A DNA stretch of 61,590 nucleotides from Longimicrobiales bacterium. Its GTDB lineage: Bacteria > Gemmatimonadota > Gemmatimonadetes > Longimicrobiales > RSA9. Under the pieces are notes generated by a model. The model searched no databases. It saw only the letters and a list, made by a program, of their open reading frames with translations, and was not told the origin of the DNA. This document shows, one piece after another, positions 27,826-38,022 of this stretch. Location of the stretch: the NCBI GenBank assembly GCA_050732695.1, contig JBOHRL010000079.1:1-61590 (forward strand). The letters run 5' to 3'. Both the position numbers and the translations under genes were made by a program. Positions within the stretch are counted from its first letter, which is position 1, and every line of letters starts with the position of its first letter.

Positions 27826-29352
27826 GTGCCACGACCTGAGGTCGCGCCGGGAGCCTGTCTTGTCATACCCGCCAACCTGGCTATGCGCTGGAAGTCATCG
27901 TTTTCGACACGGATTGCGGCTGCGTACGCGCTGATCGGCAGCACGTGGATTCTGGTCTCTGACCGCATCCTGGCAACGGTTGTGGCCGAGCCGGTGCGGG
28001 TGGCATCCGTGAAGGCCTACGCAGGCTGGATCTTCGTGCTGGGTTCGGCGCTCGTGATCTTTGTCCTGATCGAGCGTGAGTTCCAGCGGCGGCGTCGTAC
28101 GGAAGTCGAGTTGCGCGGGAGCAGGCTGCGCGAGCGTCGCGCGCTGGGGCGGGCGCACGCGGCGCTCGGTGAAGCGGAGCAGGCACGGGACGAGGCACAA
28201 CTGGCGCGCGGCGAAGCGCAGCAGGCGAAGACGGAGGTCGACAGCGCCGGGCAAAGGATCCGCCGGCAACTCGAGCGACTGGCGGCGCTCCGATCCATCG
28301 ACACGGCGATCGCAGGAAACGTCGATCTGCGCGTGACATTGGACATCATACTGGAGCAGGTAGTGACGCGGCTGAGCGTCGATGCGGTGGCGGTGCACCT
28401 GCTCGATCCGGGGACGCGAACGCTGACGCTTGTCGCGGCGCGCGGTTTCCGGAGGTATGGCATGCCGGGCACCCGGCAATCGCTCAATGAAGGACTCGCG
28501 GGCCGAATCGCGGCGGAGCGGACGATGCGGCACATCATGGACGTTCTGGTGGAACGTGACGGGTTCGCATTACGACTTGTCGGTGGTGAGGGATTCCGTG
28601 GATACGCCGGCATGCCGCTGACGACCCGTGGAAAGGTGCGGGGTGTGCTCGAGGTCTTTCAGCGCGGTACGCTCGAACCCGACGACGAGTGGTTCGATTT
28701 CCTGCATGCGCTGGCGGGCCAGTGCGTGATTGCGGTCGAGCATCTGTCGATGTTCGATGGTCTGCAACGAGCCAATCTCGACCTCGCGCTCGCCTATGAC
28801 CGCACGCTCGAAGGCTGGTCACGAGCACTCGAACTGCGGGATTACGAGACCGAGGGTCACAGCCGCCGGGTTACCCGTTTGACCTTGCAACTCGCGAACG
28901 CGCTGGGCGTCAGCGAGGAGGAGCGCGTTCACATGCGGCGGGGCGCGCTGCTCCACGACGTCGGCAAGATGGCCATCCCCGACAGCATCCTGCTCAAGCC
29001 ATCGGCTCTGACCGAAGACGAGTGGCGGATCATGCGCCAGCATCCCACGTATGCGCACGACCTTCTCGCACCCATCCCGTTTCTGCGGCCGGCACTGGAT
29101 ATCCCGTTCTGCCACCATGAGAGCTGGGATGGCAGTGGCTACCCGCGCGGTCTGCGCGGAGAATCGATCCCCATCGCAGCGCGCATCTTCACGGTGGTCG
29201 ATGTGTGGGATGCGCTGACGCACACCCGCCCCTACAGGCGTGCGTGGCCCGAGGGGATCGTGAGGGATTACATTCACTCGCTGTCGGGCAAGCATTTCGA
29301 TCCGGCCATCGTACGGACGTTCCTGTCGATCGACATGAGCGCGGCGGCCTGA
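27826..29352 (+). CDS. Membrane-anchored GAF-domain HD-GYP c-di-GMP phosphodiesterase
   Basis: N-terminal TM helices, coiled coil, GAF-like region, then HD-GYP (ALLHDVGK...HHESWDGSGYPRGL). The start could instead be the Met at 27883. Confidence 0.85.
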   Translation: MPRPEVAPGACLVIPANLAMRWKSSFSTRIAAAYALIGSTWILVSDRILATVVAEPVRVASVKAYAGWIFVLGSALVIFVLIEREFQRRRRTEVELRGSRLRERRALGRAHAALGEAEQARDEAQLARGEAQQAKTEVDSAGQRIRRQLERLAALRSIDTAIAGNVDLRVTLDIILEQVVTRLSVDAVAVHLLDPGTRTLTLVAARGFRRYGMPGTRQSLNEGLAGRIAAERTMRHIMDVLVERDGFALRLVGGEGFRGYAGMPLTTRGKVRGVLEVFQRGTLEPDDEWFDFLHALAGQCVIAVEHLSMFDGLQRANLDLALAYDRTLEGWSRALELRDYETEGHSRRVTRLTLQLANALGVSEEERVHMRRGALLHDVGKMAIPDSILLKPSALTEDEWRIMRQHPTYAHDLLAPIPFLRPALDIPFCHHESWDGSGYPRGLRGESIPIAARIFTVVDVWDALTHTRPYRRAWPEGIVRDYIHSLSGKHFDPAIVRTFLSIDMSAAA

Positions 29353-29479
29353 ACCGATTCCAGGTCCGGCTGCACTCGTATGGCCAGCGGCAGATGCGAG
29401 CGAATCGCACGGTGCGTTGGCCCGAGTCCTGCTGCGTTGGAGTCAGACGTCGAAACGCCACGATCTCGAAACGCGGATC

Positions 29480-30532
29480 ATGCTTCACATCCTGAACGGC
29501 GACTCGACCCGATTGATCCTCGAGCAGACTGATGTGCCCGGGCAGATCGCGGTCTGGACCGATGTCCTGCACGAAGGACCGGTCCCATATGATGAAGACG
29601 TCGATGCGTGGATCCGCCTGCGAGCCCGTTACCTCGCAAGCAACGGGTGGTCGAGCGAGCCAGCCATTCTGTCCTCGTATCGAACCGCACAGTCCGCGTT
29701 CGATTCCTGGTCGGATCATGACGAAATCGTGCTCTGGTTCGAACACGATCTGTACGATCAGCTCCTGCTGATTCGCCACCTTGCATGGTGGCGGCGAGCG
29801 AACCGCGGCGCGACGCGACTGAGCCTGATCTGCATCGGCGAATATCCCGGTATGGAAGACTTCGCCGGCCTCGGCCAGCTGAGCCCGGCGCAGCTGGCCG
29901 GCCTGCTCGATGCGCGCATCCCCGTTTCTGATGAGCAGTTCGATCAGGCAGGAGCGGCGTGGAAGGCGTTCACCTCGAAACAGCCGCTCGCCGTGCAGGC
30001 TCTGATCGATCAGAAGAGACAACCACTTCCGTACCTGGCAGGCGCATTGCAACGAATACTCGAAGAGTACCCTGCAACCGGCAATGGACTGCCACGAACG
30101 GAGCGACAGATCCTCGAGGCACTCGAGCCCGCACCACTCAGAGTCGTGACGCTCTTCCGAGCCAATCAGACGAAGGAGGAGCGCGTGTTCATGGGTGACT
30201 CCACCTTCTGGTTGCACGTCCTTGGGCTCGCCGACGGCGACAACCCGCTCATCGCCATCGAAGCCGGCGCCGGATCGGGGAACGTTTCAGATCCATCCAG
30301 CACCTCCGCCGATGGGCGGGGGAATGGCGCCGGCGCATCGCCAGCCTCCGATGATGACGATCCCACCCACGAGGTTCGACTGACGCCCAAAGGTCGCGGC
30401 GTGCTCGAAGGACGAGCCGATTGGATCGAACTGAACGGCATCGACCGCTGGATCGGCGGCGTCCACCTGCACGGCGCCGACTCGCCATGGCGCTGGGACC
30501 GGAATCGAGGCGTTCTCGTCGCGGCTTCGTGA
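29480..30532 (+). CDS. DUF1835 (plus DUF3658-like) domain protein
   Basis: The N-terminus MLHILNGDSTRLILEQTDVPGQIAVWTDVLHEGPVP matches the conserved DUF1835 start. The ATG at 29480 is in frame with ORF 29417-30532. Confidence 0.65.
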   Translation: MLHILNGDSTRLILEQTDVPGQIAVWTDVLHEGPVPYDEDVDAWIRLRARYLASNGWSSEPAILSSYRTAQSAFDSWSDHDEIVLWFEHDLYDQLLLIRHLAWWRRANRGATRLSLICIGEYPGMEDFAGLGQLSPAQLAGLLDARIPVSDEQFDQAGAAWKAFTSKQPLAVQALIDQKRQPLPYLAGALQRILEEYPATGNGLPRTERQILEALEPAPLRVVTLFRANQTKEERVFMGDSTFWLHVLGLADGDNPLIAIEAGAGSGNVSDPSSTSADGRGNGAGASPASDDDDPTHEVRLTPKGRGVLEGRADWIELNGIDRWIGGVHLHGADSPWRWDRNRGVLVAAS

Positions 30533-30687
30533 CACCCTGCGCGGGTTGTGTCCTCTCCACGGGGACTGCCCGAACGGCGGAACTGCTTCGGACGTGCATC
30601 GAGGCGAGGAGCCCGCTGGCGGAGGCGAGGGTGGTTGGGGGGAGCGGGACTCGACCGACACCGTGAGAAAACCTTAGATTTGCCGCG

Positions 30688-31158
30688 ATGTCGCAAAACC
30701 GAAACGAAACCACGACGCCGGTCTGTCCGGTCGGCCATGTCGATATCGAGTCCATCAAGCGGGTCACCGGCGCGCGCGCGTGGGCGCTGCGCACCGCAGG
30801 CCTGCTCCTGCTCGGCCTCGCCGCGATCGGCATCGTCCTCCCGCTCATGCCCGCAACGTGCTTTGTGCTCGCCTCCGCATGGTGTTTCGCCCGCAGTTCG
30901 CCGAGGCTTTACCACTGGATGCACCACAACCGCCTGTTCGGAAAACTGCTCCGCGACTACCGCGACCACCGGCTGATTCCGCTCCGCGTGAAAGTCGCCT
31001 CCGTAGCCGTCCTCTGGGTCACGATCGGCATCACGTTCGCGGCAGTTTCCAACCTCATCGTTCGCGTCCTCGTCGTCGCCATCGGCGCAACCATCACCGC
31101 CCACGTCGGTCGGACCGGGAACCATTCCCCAGAGATGGCTCGTCCAGCCATTCAGTAG
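30688..31158 (+). CDS. YbaN/DUF454 family inner membrane protein
   Basis: LPLMPATCFVLASAWCFARSSPRLYHWMHHNRLFGKLLRDYRDHRLIPLRVK matches the DUF454 signature. Confidence 0.75.
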   Translation: MSQNRNETTTPVCPVGHVDIESIKRVTGARAWALRTAGLLLLGLAAIGIVLPLMPATCFVLASAWCFARSSPRLYHWMHHNRLFGKLLRDYRDHRLIPLRVKVASVAVLWVTIGITFAAVSNLIVRVLVVAIGATITAHVGRTGNHSPEMARPAIQ

Positions 31159-31248
31159 CTCCCTTCGCGAGTCATCCGCCGGCTCATCGTGGGTAAACGG
31201 AGGGCGGAGGGGTGACGTCGAAGGAGCAGACAAACGACGGAAGGCGTT

Positions 31249-31839
31249 TTGGGGCGGATCGGCGAAGCGGACGAAGTCGAGGGTCTGGCGCGGCGAGCGC
31301 GGGCCGGCGACGGGCGAGCGATGGAGCGCCTGCTGGCAGAGGTGTATCCGCGGGTCGCGCGGTGGGCGCGGACGCAGGGGCTGGGAGAGGATGACGTCGA
31401 AGATGTGACGCAGGCGGCCCTGATTGCGGCGTATCGAGCGTTGCCCGCGTTCCGCTTCGAGTCGCGATTCGAGACGTGGCTGTACAGGATCGTGCGAAGA
31501 GCGGTGGCAGACTGGCGCCGACGGCAGGCGAGTTGGGGGCGGGAGTCGGTTGGAGAGGTTGGCGCGCTGGGTGTGATGCCCGGGGAATCGGCGGATGAAG
31601 CGCGGCTGAGCCGGGTCGTACGACGCGCGTTCGAAGGGTTGCCGGCCCGTCAGAGGGAAGTCTTCGATCTGGTGGAATTGCAGGGCCGGAGCACGGAGGA
31701 AGTGGCGGAACTGTTGAGTCTGGCGGCGTCGACGGTGCGAGTTCATCTGTTGCGCGCGCGGCGTGCGATCCGGCGTCGGGTGCTGGAGCGAGATGCGGCG
31801 CTAGTGGAGGATCGGTATGGAGTGCAGGTCGTTCGTTGA
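31249..31839 (+). CDS. ECF-subfamily RNA polymerase sigma-70 factor
   Basis: Region 2 (VTQAALIAAYRALPAFRFESRFETWLYRIVRR) and region 4 (LPARQREVFDLVELQGRSTEEVAELLSLAASTVRVHLLRARRAIR). Confidence 0.85.
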   Translation: MGRIGEADEVEGLARRARAGDGRAMERLLAEVYPRVARWARTQGLGEDDVEDVTQAALIAAYRALPAFRFESRFETWLYRIVRRAVADWRRRQASWGRESVGEVGALGVMPGESADEARLSRVVRRAFEGLPARQREVFDLVELQGRSTEEVAELLSLAASTVRVHLLRARRAIRRRVLERDAALVEDRYGVQVVR

Positions 31840-32332
31840 TGCGATGATGGAAGCGGAGCCGGCGGTGCTGCGGGGCAAGGGCGCCACGGCGCTGGCGGTC
31901 CACATCCGGACGTGCATCCGCTGTGCACGGCGAGCGCAGCTCGTCCTGGGTGCGACCGAGGCGTTGGCAGCCGAGCTGGACATTCGAAGTGAAGCAAAGG
32001 ACGCGGCGCGTTCGCGTGTCATTGTCGCAGCGGCTGGCGCTCGACCCGGCATCAGGCAGTCGACGTGGCGGGCTCGCACGCGTCGATCCGTACTCGTCGC
32101 GTTGCCGGCAGCTGCGGCGCTCGTGTTGGCGGTCGGGCTTGACCGCCTCGGCGATGATGGGGCGAATGCTCCGGCCGTGGACAGCGCATCTGTGACACAG
32201 CCGTCGCCAGACATGGGCGGGCTGGAGAGTCCGGACGTGGTCGTGCGACCCGGTCAGAACGCGGTGGTATTTCGCACATCGAATCCGAAGATCACGGTGG
32301 TATGGTACTACTCGACGCAGGGGGGGCCATGA
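31817..32332 (+). CDS. Anti-sigma factor (zinc-finger HxxxCxxC type) with one TM helix
   Basis: The N-terminus (MECRSFVDAMMEAEPAVLRGKGATALAVHIRTCIRCARR) contains the H-x3-C-x2-C motif, followed by a TM segment (SVLVALPAAAALVLAV). Overlaps the 3' end of the sigma gene. Confidence 0.7.
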   Translation: MECRSFVDAMMEAEPAVLRGKGATALAVHIRTCIRCARRAQLVLGATEALAAELDIRSEAKDAARSRVIVAAAGARPGIRQSTWRARTRRSVLVALPAAAALVLAVGLDRLGDDGANAPAVDSASVTQPSPDMGGLESPDVVVRPGQNAVVFRTSNPKITVVWYYSTQGGP

Positions 32333-32853
32333 GCAGGCTGGGACCGATGTTCGTCGGGATGCTGGCGATGCTGGTGTGTGTGGCGCCATTGTCAGCGCAG
32401 CGGGCGCAGGCGGGCGCGACGGGCACACCCGAGAGTGTGTTGCTGCGATTTCAGATCATCCAGGCCGATGGGTTCACGGAGACGGACCCCGCGATCGCAG
32501 ACGTGAGTGAAGTGCTGCGCGAGCTGTTCCGCTTTCGCGGTTATCGTCTGGCAGCGGAGTCTGTCGTGCGCGTGATGTCGGGTGCGAAGTTCTTGCAGAA
32601 GACATCGGATCATGAAGGCGTCGAGTACGTCATTCAGGGCGATGCGATGATGCATGGTGATGGCAGGTCGGACTCGGTTCGGCTCGGTGTGGAACTGTGG
32701 CGCGAACGACCACAGGCTGGTGGTCCGACGTCGGTGCAGTTGATCCAGACTTCGTTGACGGTGCCGATCGGTCAGACGGTCGTGGTCGGGAGTGCGCGGA
32801 CATCGCCCGACGTGCCAACGACCATTCTGGTGGTGAGGCCGGAAGCCCGCTGA
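32329..32853 (+). CDS. Hypothetical secreted protein, third gene of the sigma/anti-sigma operon
   Basis: Start at MSRLGPMFVGMLAMLVCVAPLSAQ (signal peptide), overlapping the anti-sigma stop (ATGA). ~175 aa with good codon bias. Confidence 0.5.
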   Translation: MSRLGPMFVGMLAMLVCVAPLSAQRAQAGATGTPESVLLRFQIIQADGFTETDPAIADVSEVLRELFRFRGYRLAAESVVRVMSGAKFLQKTSDHEGVEYVIQGDAMMHGDGRSDSVRLGVELWRERPQAGGPTSVQLIQTSLTVPIGQTVVVGSARTSPDVPTTILVVRPEAR

Positions 32854-32957
32854 CGATTCTTCAGGACTCGCGCCGGCGACGATCTTCCCTTCAATTGATT
32901 CCGCGGAAATGCGTCCCGCATCCCGTGGACGTCACGCGGAGAGGAAGGGGAGTCGGC

Positions 32958-34601
32958 ATGCGATTCGTTCCAGTGGTCACGCTCATGGCGTCGTGCGTGC
33001 CGGCCGGCCGGCTCGCAACGCCGGGGCCCGATGTCGGGAAGCGGATCGAGGCGGGGCGCGGCATCGTCAGTTCCGCGAATCCGCTGGCGAGTGAAGCCGG
33101 TCTCGAGATTCTGCGTGGCGGAGGCAATGCGGTGGACGCGGCGGTTGCGACGGCATTCGCGATCGGTGTCGTCGAGCCGCAGATGTCAGGCGTGGGCGGA
33201 GGCGGTGCAGCGCTGATCTGGCTGGAAAGCGACAAGCGGGCCGAGTACCTCGACTTCTACGCGGCACAGCCGTCCGAGCCCTTTCGCACCATCGCAGATA
33301 GAGCGGAGCAGCCAGGTGACCTGCGCGTGGTTGCGATTCCGGGCAGTGTGCGCGGGCTGCTTGCGTTGCACGAACGATTCGGGCGGTTGACGCGCGCACA
33401 GGTGATGGCGCCCGCGATCCGGCTTGCCGGCGAAGGATTCCCGGTCAATCTGATCCTGGCTGAGATGATCGAATCAGACTCGGCGGAACTGTTCCGTTTT
33501 CATGCATCTCGGGACATGCTCTGGCCGGATGGCCGGCCGCTCGAAGCAGGCACTCGTTTTCGCAACACGAAGCTGGCTGCGACGTTGCGCACGATTGCCG
33601 AGCAGGGCGAGGCCGGCTTCTACAGTGGAGCGCTTGCGGCAGGATTGATCGAGACACTGAACGCGGGCGGGCATCCTGCTGGCCTCGCCGATCTGGCAGA
33701 ATACCGGCCGGAGTGGAAGCGTCCGTTATGCACGGATTATCGGGGCCGAGTCGTACTGTCGGCGCCGCCGCCGCAGACCGGTTCCGAGATCCTGCACGTC
33801 CTCGAAATGCTGGAGCCGTTCGACATCGGTGCGATCGGCTTGCCGACACGGGATGCGCGCGCGTTTGACATTCTCGTCTCAGATGACGAGCCGCCGCCGG
33901 CCGCCTGCGCGGCGTACGAGCCCTACGGCCCAACGCCGGCGATTTCCGCAGGCGGTTCCGAAACGCATGCGGCTCGGGCTGCGAGCGATCGCACTCCGGC
34001 TGAGGGTGTGGCGCAAGACCGTGGAGCGAGGTCAGGCCAGCCGAGTGAGGAATCGCAACGGGGCGAGACCACGCACATCTCGATCGTCGACGCCGCCGGC
34101 AACGCGGTTGCCCTGACACAGACGAACAGCACGACGTTCGGGTCTGGCGCGAGCGTCGCTGGTTTCTTCCTGAATGATTCAGGTTATCGGTTCACGAACG
34201 AGAGTGCGCGGCAGCCGGCGCGTGACTCATGGCGCACCCGTACATCGACGATTGCTCCGACGATCGTGCTCGAGGACGATAAGGTGCACATGGTGGTCGG
34301 CGCCCCCGGCGGCGGCCGCATTCCGCCTGCGATTCTTCAGGCGATGGTCTACACGCTGGATTACGACATGGACCCGCTTGAAGCACTGCGCATGCCGCGC
34401 ATGTTTCCGAGTCCGTCCAATCCGACAGTACAACTCGAGACGGGTTTTGCGGCGAACGTTCTCGAACGGGTCCGCGCCATGGGCTACGCCCCTGCCCCGC
34501 CCGGCGGCGGTTATGCGCGTCTGTACATGATCGTGCGGCGCGACGGCCGCTGGATCGGTGTTGCCGATCCCCGTGACAACGGCGAGGTCCGAGGCTGGTA
34601 G
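32958..34601 (+). CDS. ggt: Gamma-glutamyltranspeptidase (GGT, Ntn-hydrolase)
   Basis: RBS GGAGGAAGGGG upstream of the ATG at 32958. GGT blocks (ANPLASEAGLEILRGGGNAVDAAVATAFAIGVVEPQMSGVGGGG) and the autoprocessing Thr in GETTHISIVDAAGNAV. Unusually long Ala/Pro/Ser-rich linker before the catalytic Thr. Confidence 0.9.
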   Translation: MRFVPVVTLMASCVPAGRLATPGPDVGKRIEAGRGIVSSANPLASEAGLEILRGGGNAVDAAVATAFAIGVVEPQMSGVGGGGAALIWLESDKRAEYLDFYAAQPSEPFRTIADRAEQPGDLRVVAIPGSVRGLLALHERFGRLTRAQVMAPAIRLAGEGFPVNLILAEMIESDSAELFRFHASRDMLWPDGRPLEAGTRFRNTKLAATLRTIAEQGEAGFYSGALAAGLIETLNAGGHPAGLADLAEYRPEWKRPLCTDYRGRVVLSAPPPQTGSEILHVLEMLEPFDIGAIGLPTRDARAFDILVSDDEPPPAACAAYEPYGPTPAISAGGSETHAARAASDRTPAEGVAQDRGARSGQPSEESQRGETTHISIVDAAGNAVALTQTNSTTFGSGASVAGFFLNDSGYRFTNESARQPARDSWRTRTSTIAPTIVLEDDKVHMVVGAPGGGRIPPAILQAMVYTLDYDMDPLEALRMPRMFPSPSNPTVQLETGFAANVLERVRAMGYAPAPPGGGYARLYMIVRRDGRWIGVADPRDNGEVRGW

Positions 34602-34619
34602 GAAAGACGCGCCGGAAGA

Positions 34620-36803
34620 TCACACGAGAGGTGGCATCACGACGACCGTGGTACAACCCGCCCGTTCCACGACCTCGCCCGTGCCCTGACCGTAGAAGAG
34701 CGGCACGTTGAATACGCGATTCTCCGCACCCGTGATCAGCAGGTCGTAGTATCCGGAGCTGGATTCAGCGATGATGGTCTCACCGGGTGCATCGCTGGCG
34801 CGGATTCGGGTCATGAAATTGACGTCCCACGTGGCCGCCAACGGACCGAGTGTACGATTCAGCTGCTCGCGTATCTCGTTGGTCCGCTGATTGAGCAAGG
34901 CGAATGTGCTCTTGCGCTCGGGCGTCATGAGCGTGCCGGGTGCGAGCCGCGTCTCATCGATGACGTGGAGAAGGGTGACATGCGCGCTGGCCGCGGCAGC
35001 ATAGCGGAACGCGAACTCGGCGGCGTAACGCGAGAGTACGCTGCCATCGACGGGGACGAGGATGCGCTGAAACGGTGGCTCGGAATCGGGAGTGCGGCGC
35101 ACGATCGTGACCGGGACACCGGCACCGCGGACGATGTGGCGAGCCAGCGGGTCGTGAAATGACGCATCAACGGCGGAGCCGAGCAGCAGCAGGTCGTAGT
35201 CGCGAGCCGCTTCGCCAAGGACAGCCGCGGCGACATCCTCGGAGGTGACTCGGCGTACGACGAATCGGCCGCCGGCTGTTTCGACGAGTTTCCTGGCCTT
35301 GTCGAGATGAGCTTCGAGATTGGTGCCGGCCAGCGAGGACCGACGCCAGGGCCACCGTCTGGAACCATCCGGCTGTTCGATGTACAACGCGGTGACCTGA
35401 CCGCGGTCACGCTTGGCGAGCATGGCGGCCAGCTCGAATCCACCCATGGCATTCACACCACCCGCGGTCGGCACGAGCAGGCGGAGCGTGCCGCCGGGAA
35501 TCAACAGGCGCTTGCCGATATCATCGAGGCGTTTCTGCTCTTCCGGCGTCAGGGGGATGAGTGGAACGACCCACCGGAGAGTGATCGGCGCCATGAAGGA
35601 TGTGACGACAGCGACCATCACGATGGTCGAAAACATCTCCTGGGTGAGCAGTCCGAGAGAGAGTCCGATGAGTGCGACGATGAGTCCCATGGCGCCGCGG
35701 GCGTTCATGCCCAGGCCGAGTGCCACGGATTCCCAGTGACTCAGGCGGCCGAGGCGACCGCCGGCATAACAACCGATCATCTTGCCGGCGACTGCGAGCG
35801 CGAGAATCAGGACAGGCATCTGCCAGCCGGAGAACGAGAAGAGGTCGACCTTCAGGCCGACATATGCGAAAAAGATCGGGGACAGCGCACTGAGGACGAA
35901 CAGCTCGAGAGTGTGCAGAGACGAGGCCTTGATGCGAGGCAACTGTCGCACGACGAGGCCGGCCACGAAGGCGCCGAAGACAGCGTGTACGCCGATCGCC
36001 TCCGTCGCTGCTGCCGCGGTGAACGTGAAGGCGAGGACAATCGTCAGATCAGCCCCGGCAAGGCCGACGCGCTCGTTGATGTAGCGGATCATCCTGTTCA
36101 ACACTGGGAACCCGATCCAGCGGACGGCCGCGAGGAACAGCACGAGCGCAACGATCGAGATCAGGAGTCCATCAAGCGAGAACTCGCTGCCGGCGGCAAT
36201 CCCCGCGATGACCGAGAGGATCAACCAGCCGGTCGTATCATCGACAACGCCCGCCGACAAGGTGACAACGCCCACGTTGCGGTTGATCAGGTCGAGGTCG
36301 ATGAGGATCTTCGCGATGACGGGCATGGCGGAGATGGCCATCGCCGTTGCGAGGAACGCCGCGAAGACTGCCCGTTGCGATGGATCGGCAACGAACTGAT
36401 CCGGGAGGAACCAGCCCACCGCAAAACCGCTCGCGAAGGGCACGACCATACCAAAGACGGAGGCAAAGATGGAAGCGCGGCCGAGGTGCGCCATGACACG
36501 GATATCGGTCTCGATGCCCGTCAACAGCAGGAGCAGCACCATGCCCAGCCACGAGATGACTTCCAACAGGTGGAATTGCGCCTGCTCGGGAGGAAACAGC
36601 TGAATCGACAGATCCGGTGCGAGGTGGCCGAGGACCGTTGGACCCAGCAGAATTCCTGCGAGCAGTTCACCAATGACCGATGGTTGACCGAGACGTCGCG
36701 CTGCCTCTGCCAGCAACCGCGCAAGGACGAGCAGCGCGCTGAGCTGCACAAGGAGAATCATCAGGGCATGCCCGGCGATGGGCTCGATGATGCGATCCAT
36801 CAC
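34620..36803 (-). CDS. Monovalent cation:proton antiporter (CPA2/KefB-like) fused to two C-terminal universal-stress-protein (UspA) domains
   Basis: 727 aa with ~12 N-terminal TM helices (GELLAGILLGPTVLG), followed by tandem Usp-like alpha/beta domains (LLVPTAGGVNAMGGFELA..., ILVPVDGSVLSRYAAEFAF...HVTLLHV). Confidence 0.85.
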   Translation of the reverse strand: MMDRIIEPIAGHALMILLVQLSALLVLARLLAEAARRLGQPSVIGELLAGILLGPTVLGHLAPDLSIQLFPPEQAQFHLLEVISWLGMVLLLLLTGIETDIRVMAHLGRASIFASVFGMVVPFASGFAVGWFLPDQFVADPSQRAVFAAFLATAMAISAMPVIAKILIDLDLINRNVGVVTLSAGVVDDTTGWLILSVIAGIAAGSEFSLDGLLISIVALVLFLAAVRWIGFPVLNRMIRYINERVGLAGADLTIVLAFTFTAAAATEAIGVHAVFGAFVAGLVVRQLPRIKASSLHTLELFVLSALSPIFFAYVGLKVDLFSFSGWQMPVLILALAVAGKMIGCYAGGRLGRLSHWESVALGLGMNARGAMGLIVALIGLSLGLLTQEMFSTIVMVAVVTSFMAPITLRWVVPLIPLTPEEQKRLDDIGKRLLIPGGTLRLLVPTAGGVNAMGGFELAAMLAKRDRGQVTALYIEQPDGSRRWPWRRSSLAGTNLEAHLDKARKLVETAGGRFVVRRVTSEDVAAAVLGEAARDYDLLLLGSAVDASFHDPLARHIVRGAGVPVTIVRRTPDSEPPFQRILVPVDGSVLSRYAAEFAFRYAAAASAHVTLLHVIDETRLAPGTLMTPERKSTFALLNQRTNEIREQLNRTLGPLAATWDVNFMTRIRASDAPGETIIAESSSGYYDLLITGAENRVFNVPLFYGQGTGEVVERAGCTTVVVMPPLV

Positions 36804-37028
36804 TCCGAATTGGATGTGGGCCCGGCAGGCCGTGACGAATGAAAAAGGGAGCGAGCTGCCGATTCGGGACCGACCGGAGACAACCCAGCCCCGTTACCGG
36901 TGGTTGGCCGTTGCGGCGAGCGAGCCACCGGACGATGCGGCTCGACAGGCAATATACGGGAGTCGACGGCGTCCGTCGAGCGTCCGATGGCCTGCCGCTC
37001 GCGGGCCGTGCGCTCTGTGTGGTCCGGG

Positions 37029-37904
37029 CTAACGCTGCTCAGCCAGGCTTGCCGCGCGCTGCATCAGGTTGACGCTACCGAGCCGTTCTGCCATCTCAGC
37101 AAAAGCGGGCCGGGGCCCGCGCCAGCGCAGATCATCCACACGCATCGAGGCGAGTGCATCGGTGCGGAGTCGTGCGAGCGTGCGGAACAGCAATGCAGTC
37201 TCACGTTCCTCAGCGAGCGTGGCCGCGAGGCGCGCCGCGCCGCGAACCGGAATCGTCCAGTCCCGTGCGTGTTCGGGGATCGACTCGATGTCACCATAGT
37301 GAGCGAGCAGTGCGGCAGCCGACTTCGCTCCCCAGCCAGGCAGCCCCGGATAGCCGTCCGCGCTGTCGCCGACGAGCGCAAGCAGATCCGGGATCGAAGC
37401 GGGCGGCACACCAAACTTCGCGCGTACCCCTTCGGCGTTGCGGATCTGATTCGCACGCCGGTCGACCTGCACGACACGGTCATCGACGACACATTGCCCC
37501 AGGTCTTTGTCGGGTGTCCAGATGACGACCTTGTCGACGCGCGGATCGGTCGCAGCCATGGCGGCGGCTGCGGCGAGCGCATCATCGGCCTCGAACTCGA
37601 CCATGGGCCAGACGGTGACACCGAGCGCCTCGAGCGCGTCCTCGAGGGGCCAGAATTGCGCCCACAGGCCCGGATCGATGCCTTCGCCCGTCTTGTAGCC
37701 CGGCCACAACGCGTTACGAAACGACTCGATCACGTGATCGGTCGCGACGCCAATGTGCGTGACATCGTCCTCGAGCATACCCAGCACGGTCGCCACGACG
37801 CCGCGTGCAGCCGAGAGATCGCCAACGGGAAGGTCGTCAGGCTTGCCGGGCGCGTAGAAATGCCGGAACAGCTCGAACGTGCCATCGATCAGATGTACGA
37901 TCAT
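37029..37904 (-). CDS. 5'-3' exonuclease / flap endonuclease (Pol I N-terminal domain family, Xni/ExoIX-like)
   Basis: MIVHLIDGTFELFRHFYA, EADDALAAAA and H3TH region GVPPASIPDLLALVGDSADGYPGLPGWGAKSAAALL. The start is at the internal Met (ORF track starts at 37928). Confidence 0.85.
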   Translation of the reverse strand: MIVHLIDGTFELFRHFYAPGKPDDLPVGDLSAARGVVATVLGMLEDDVTHIGVATDHVIESFRNALWPGYKTGEGIDPGLWAQFWPLEDALEALGVTVWPMVEFEADDALAAAAAMAATDPRVDKVVIWTPDKDLGQCVVDDRVVQVDRRANQIRNAEGVRAKFGVPPASIPDLLALVGDSADGYPGLPGWGAKSAAALLAHYGDIESIPEHARDWTIPVRGAARLAATLAEERETALLFRTLARLRTDALASMRVDDLRWRGPRPAFAEMAERLGSVNLMQRAASLAEQR

Positions 37905-38022
37905 GCGGCAAGATGGAGTGCGATGCACGGCGCGTCCATTCCTTGATGCATTCCCGATCGTGTTTGCCGGCCGGTTTCACGCTGAGTCCCTGCCTTGCCG
38001 CGCCCTGCACGGGAAGTCCATC

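Noticed and set aside
30166-31746. 526-aa minus-strand ORF spanning the DUF1835, ybaN and sigma-factor region
   Set aside because: It lies antisense to three plus-strand genes with recognisable domains; the product is Arg/Pro-rich low-complexity.
35307-36842. 511-aa plus-strand ORF antisense to the KefB-Usp antiporter gene
   Set aside because: The product is Asp/Glu/Arg/His-rich with no motifs, and it lies opposite a clear 12-TM transporter.
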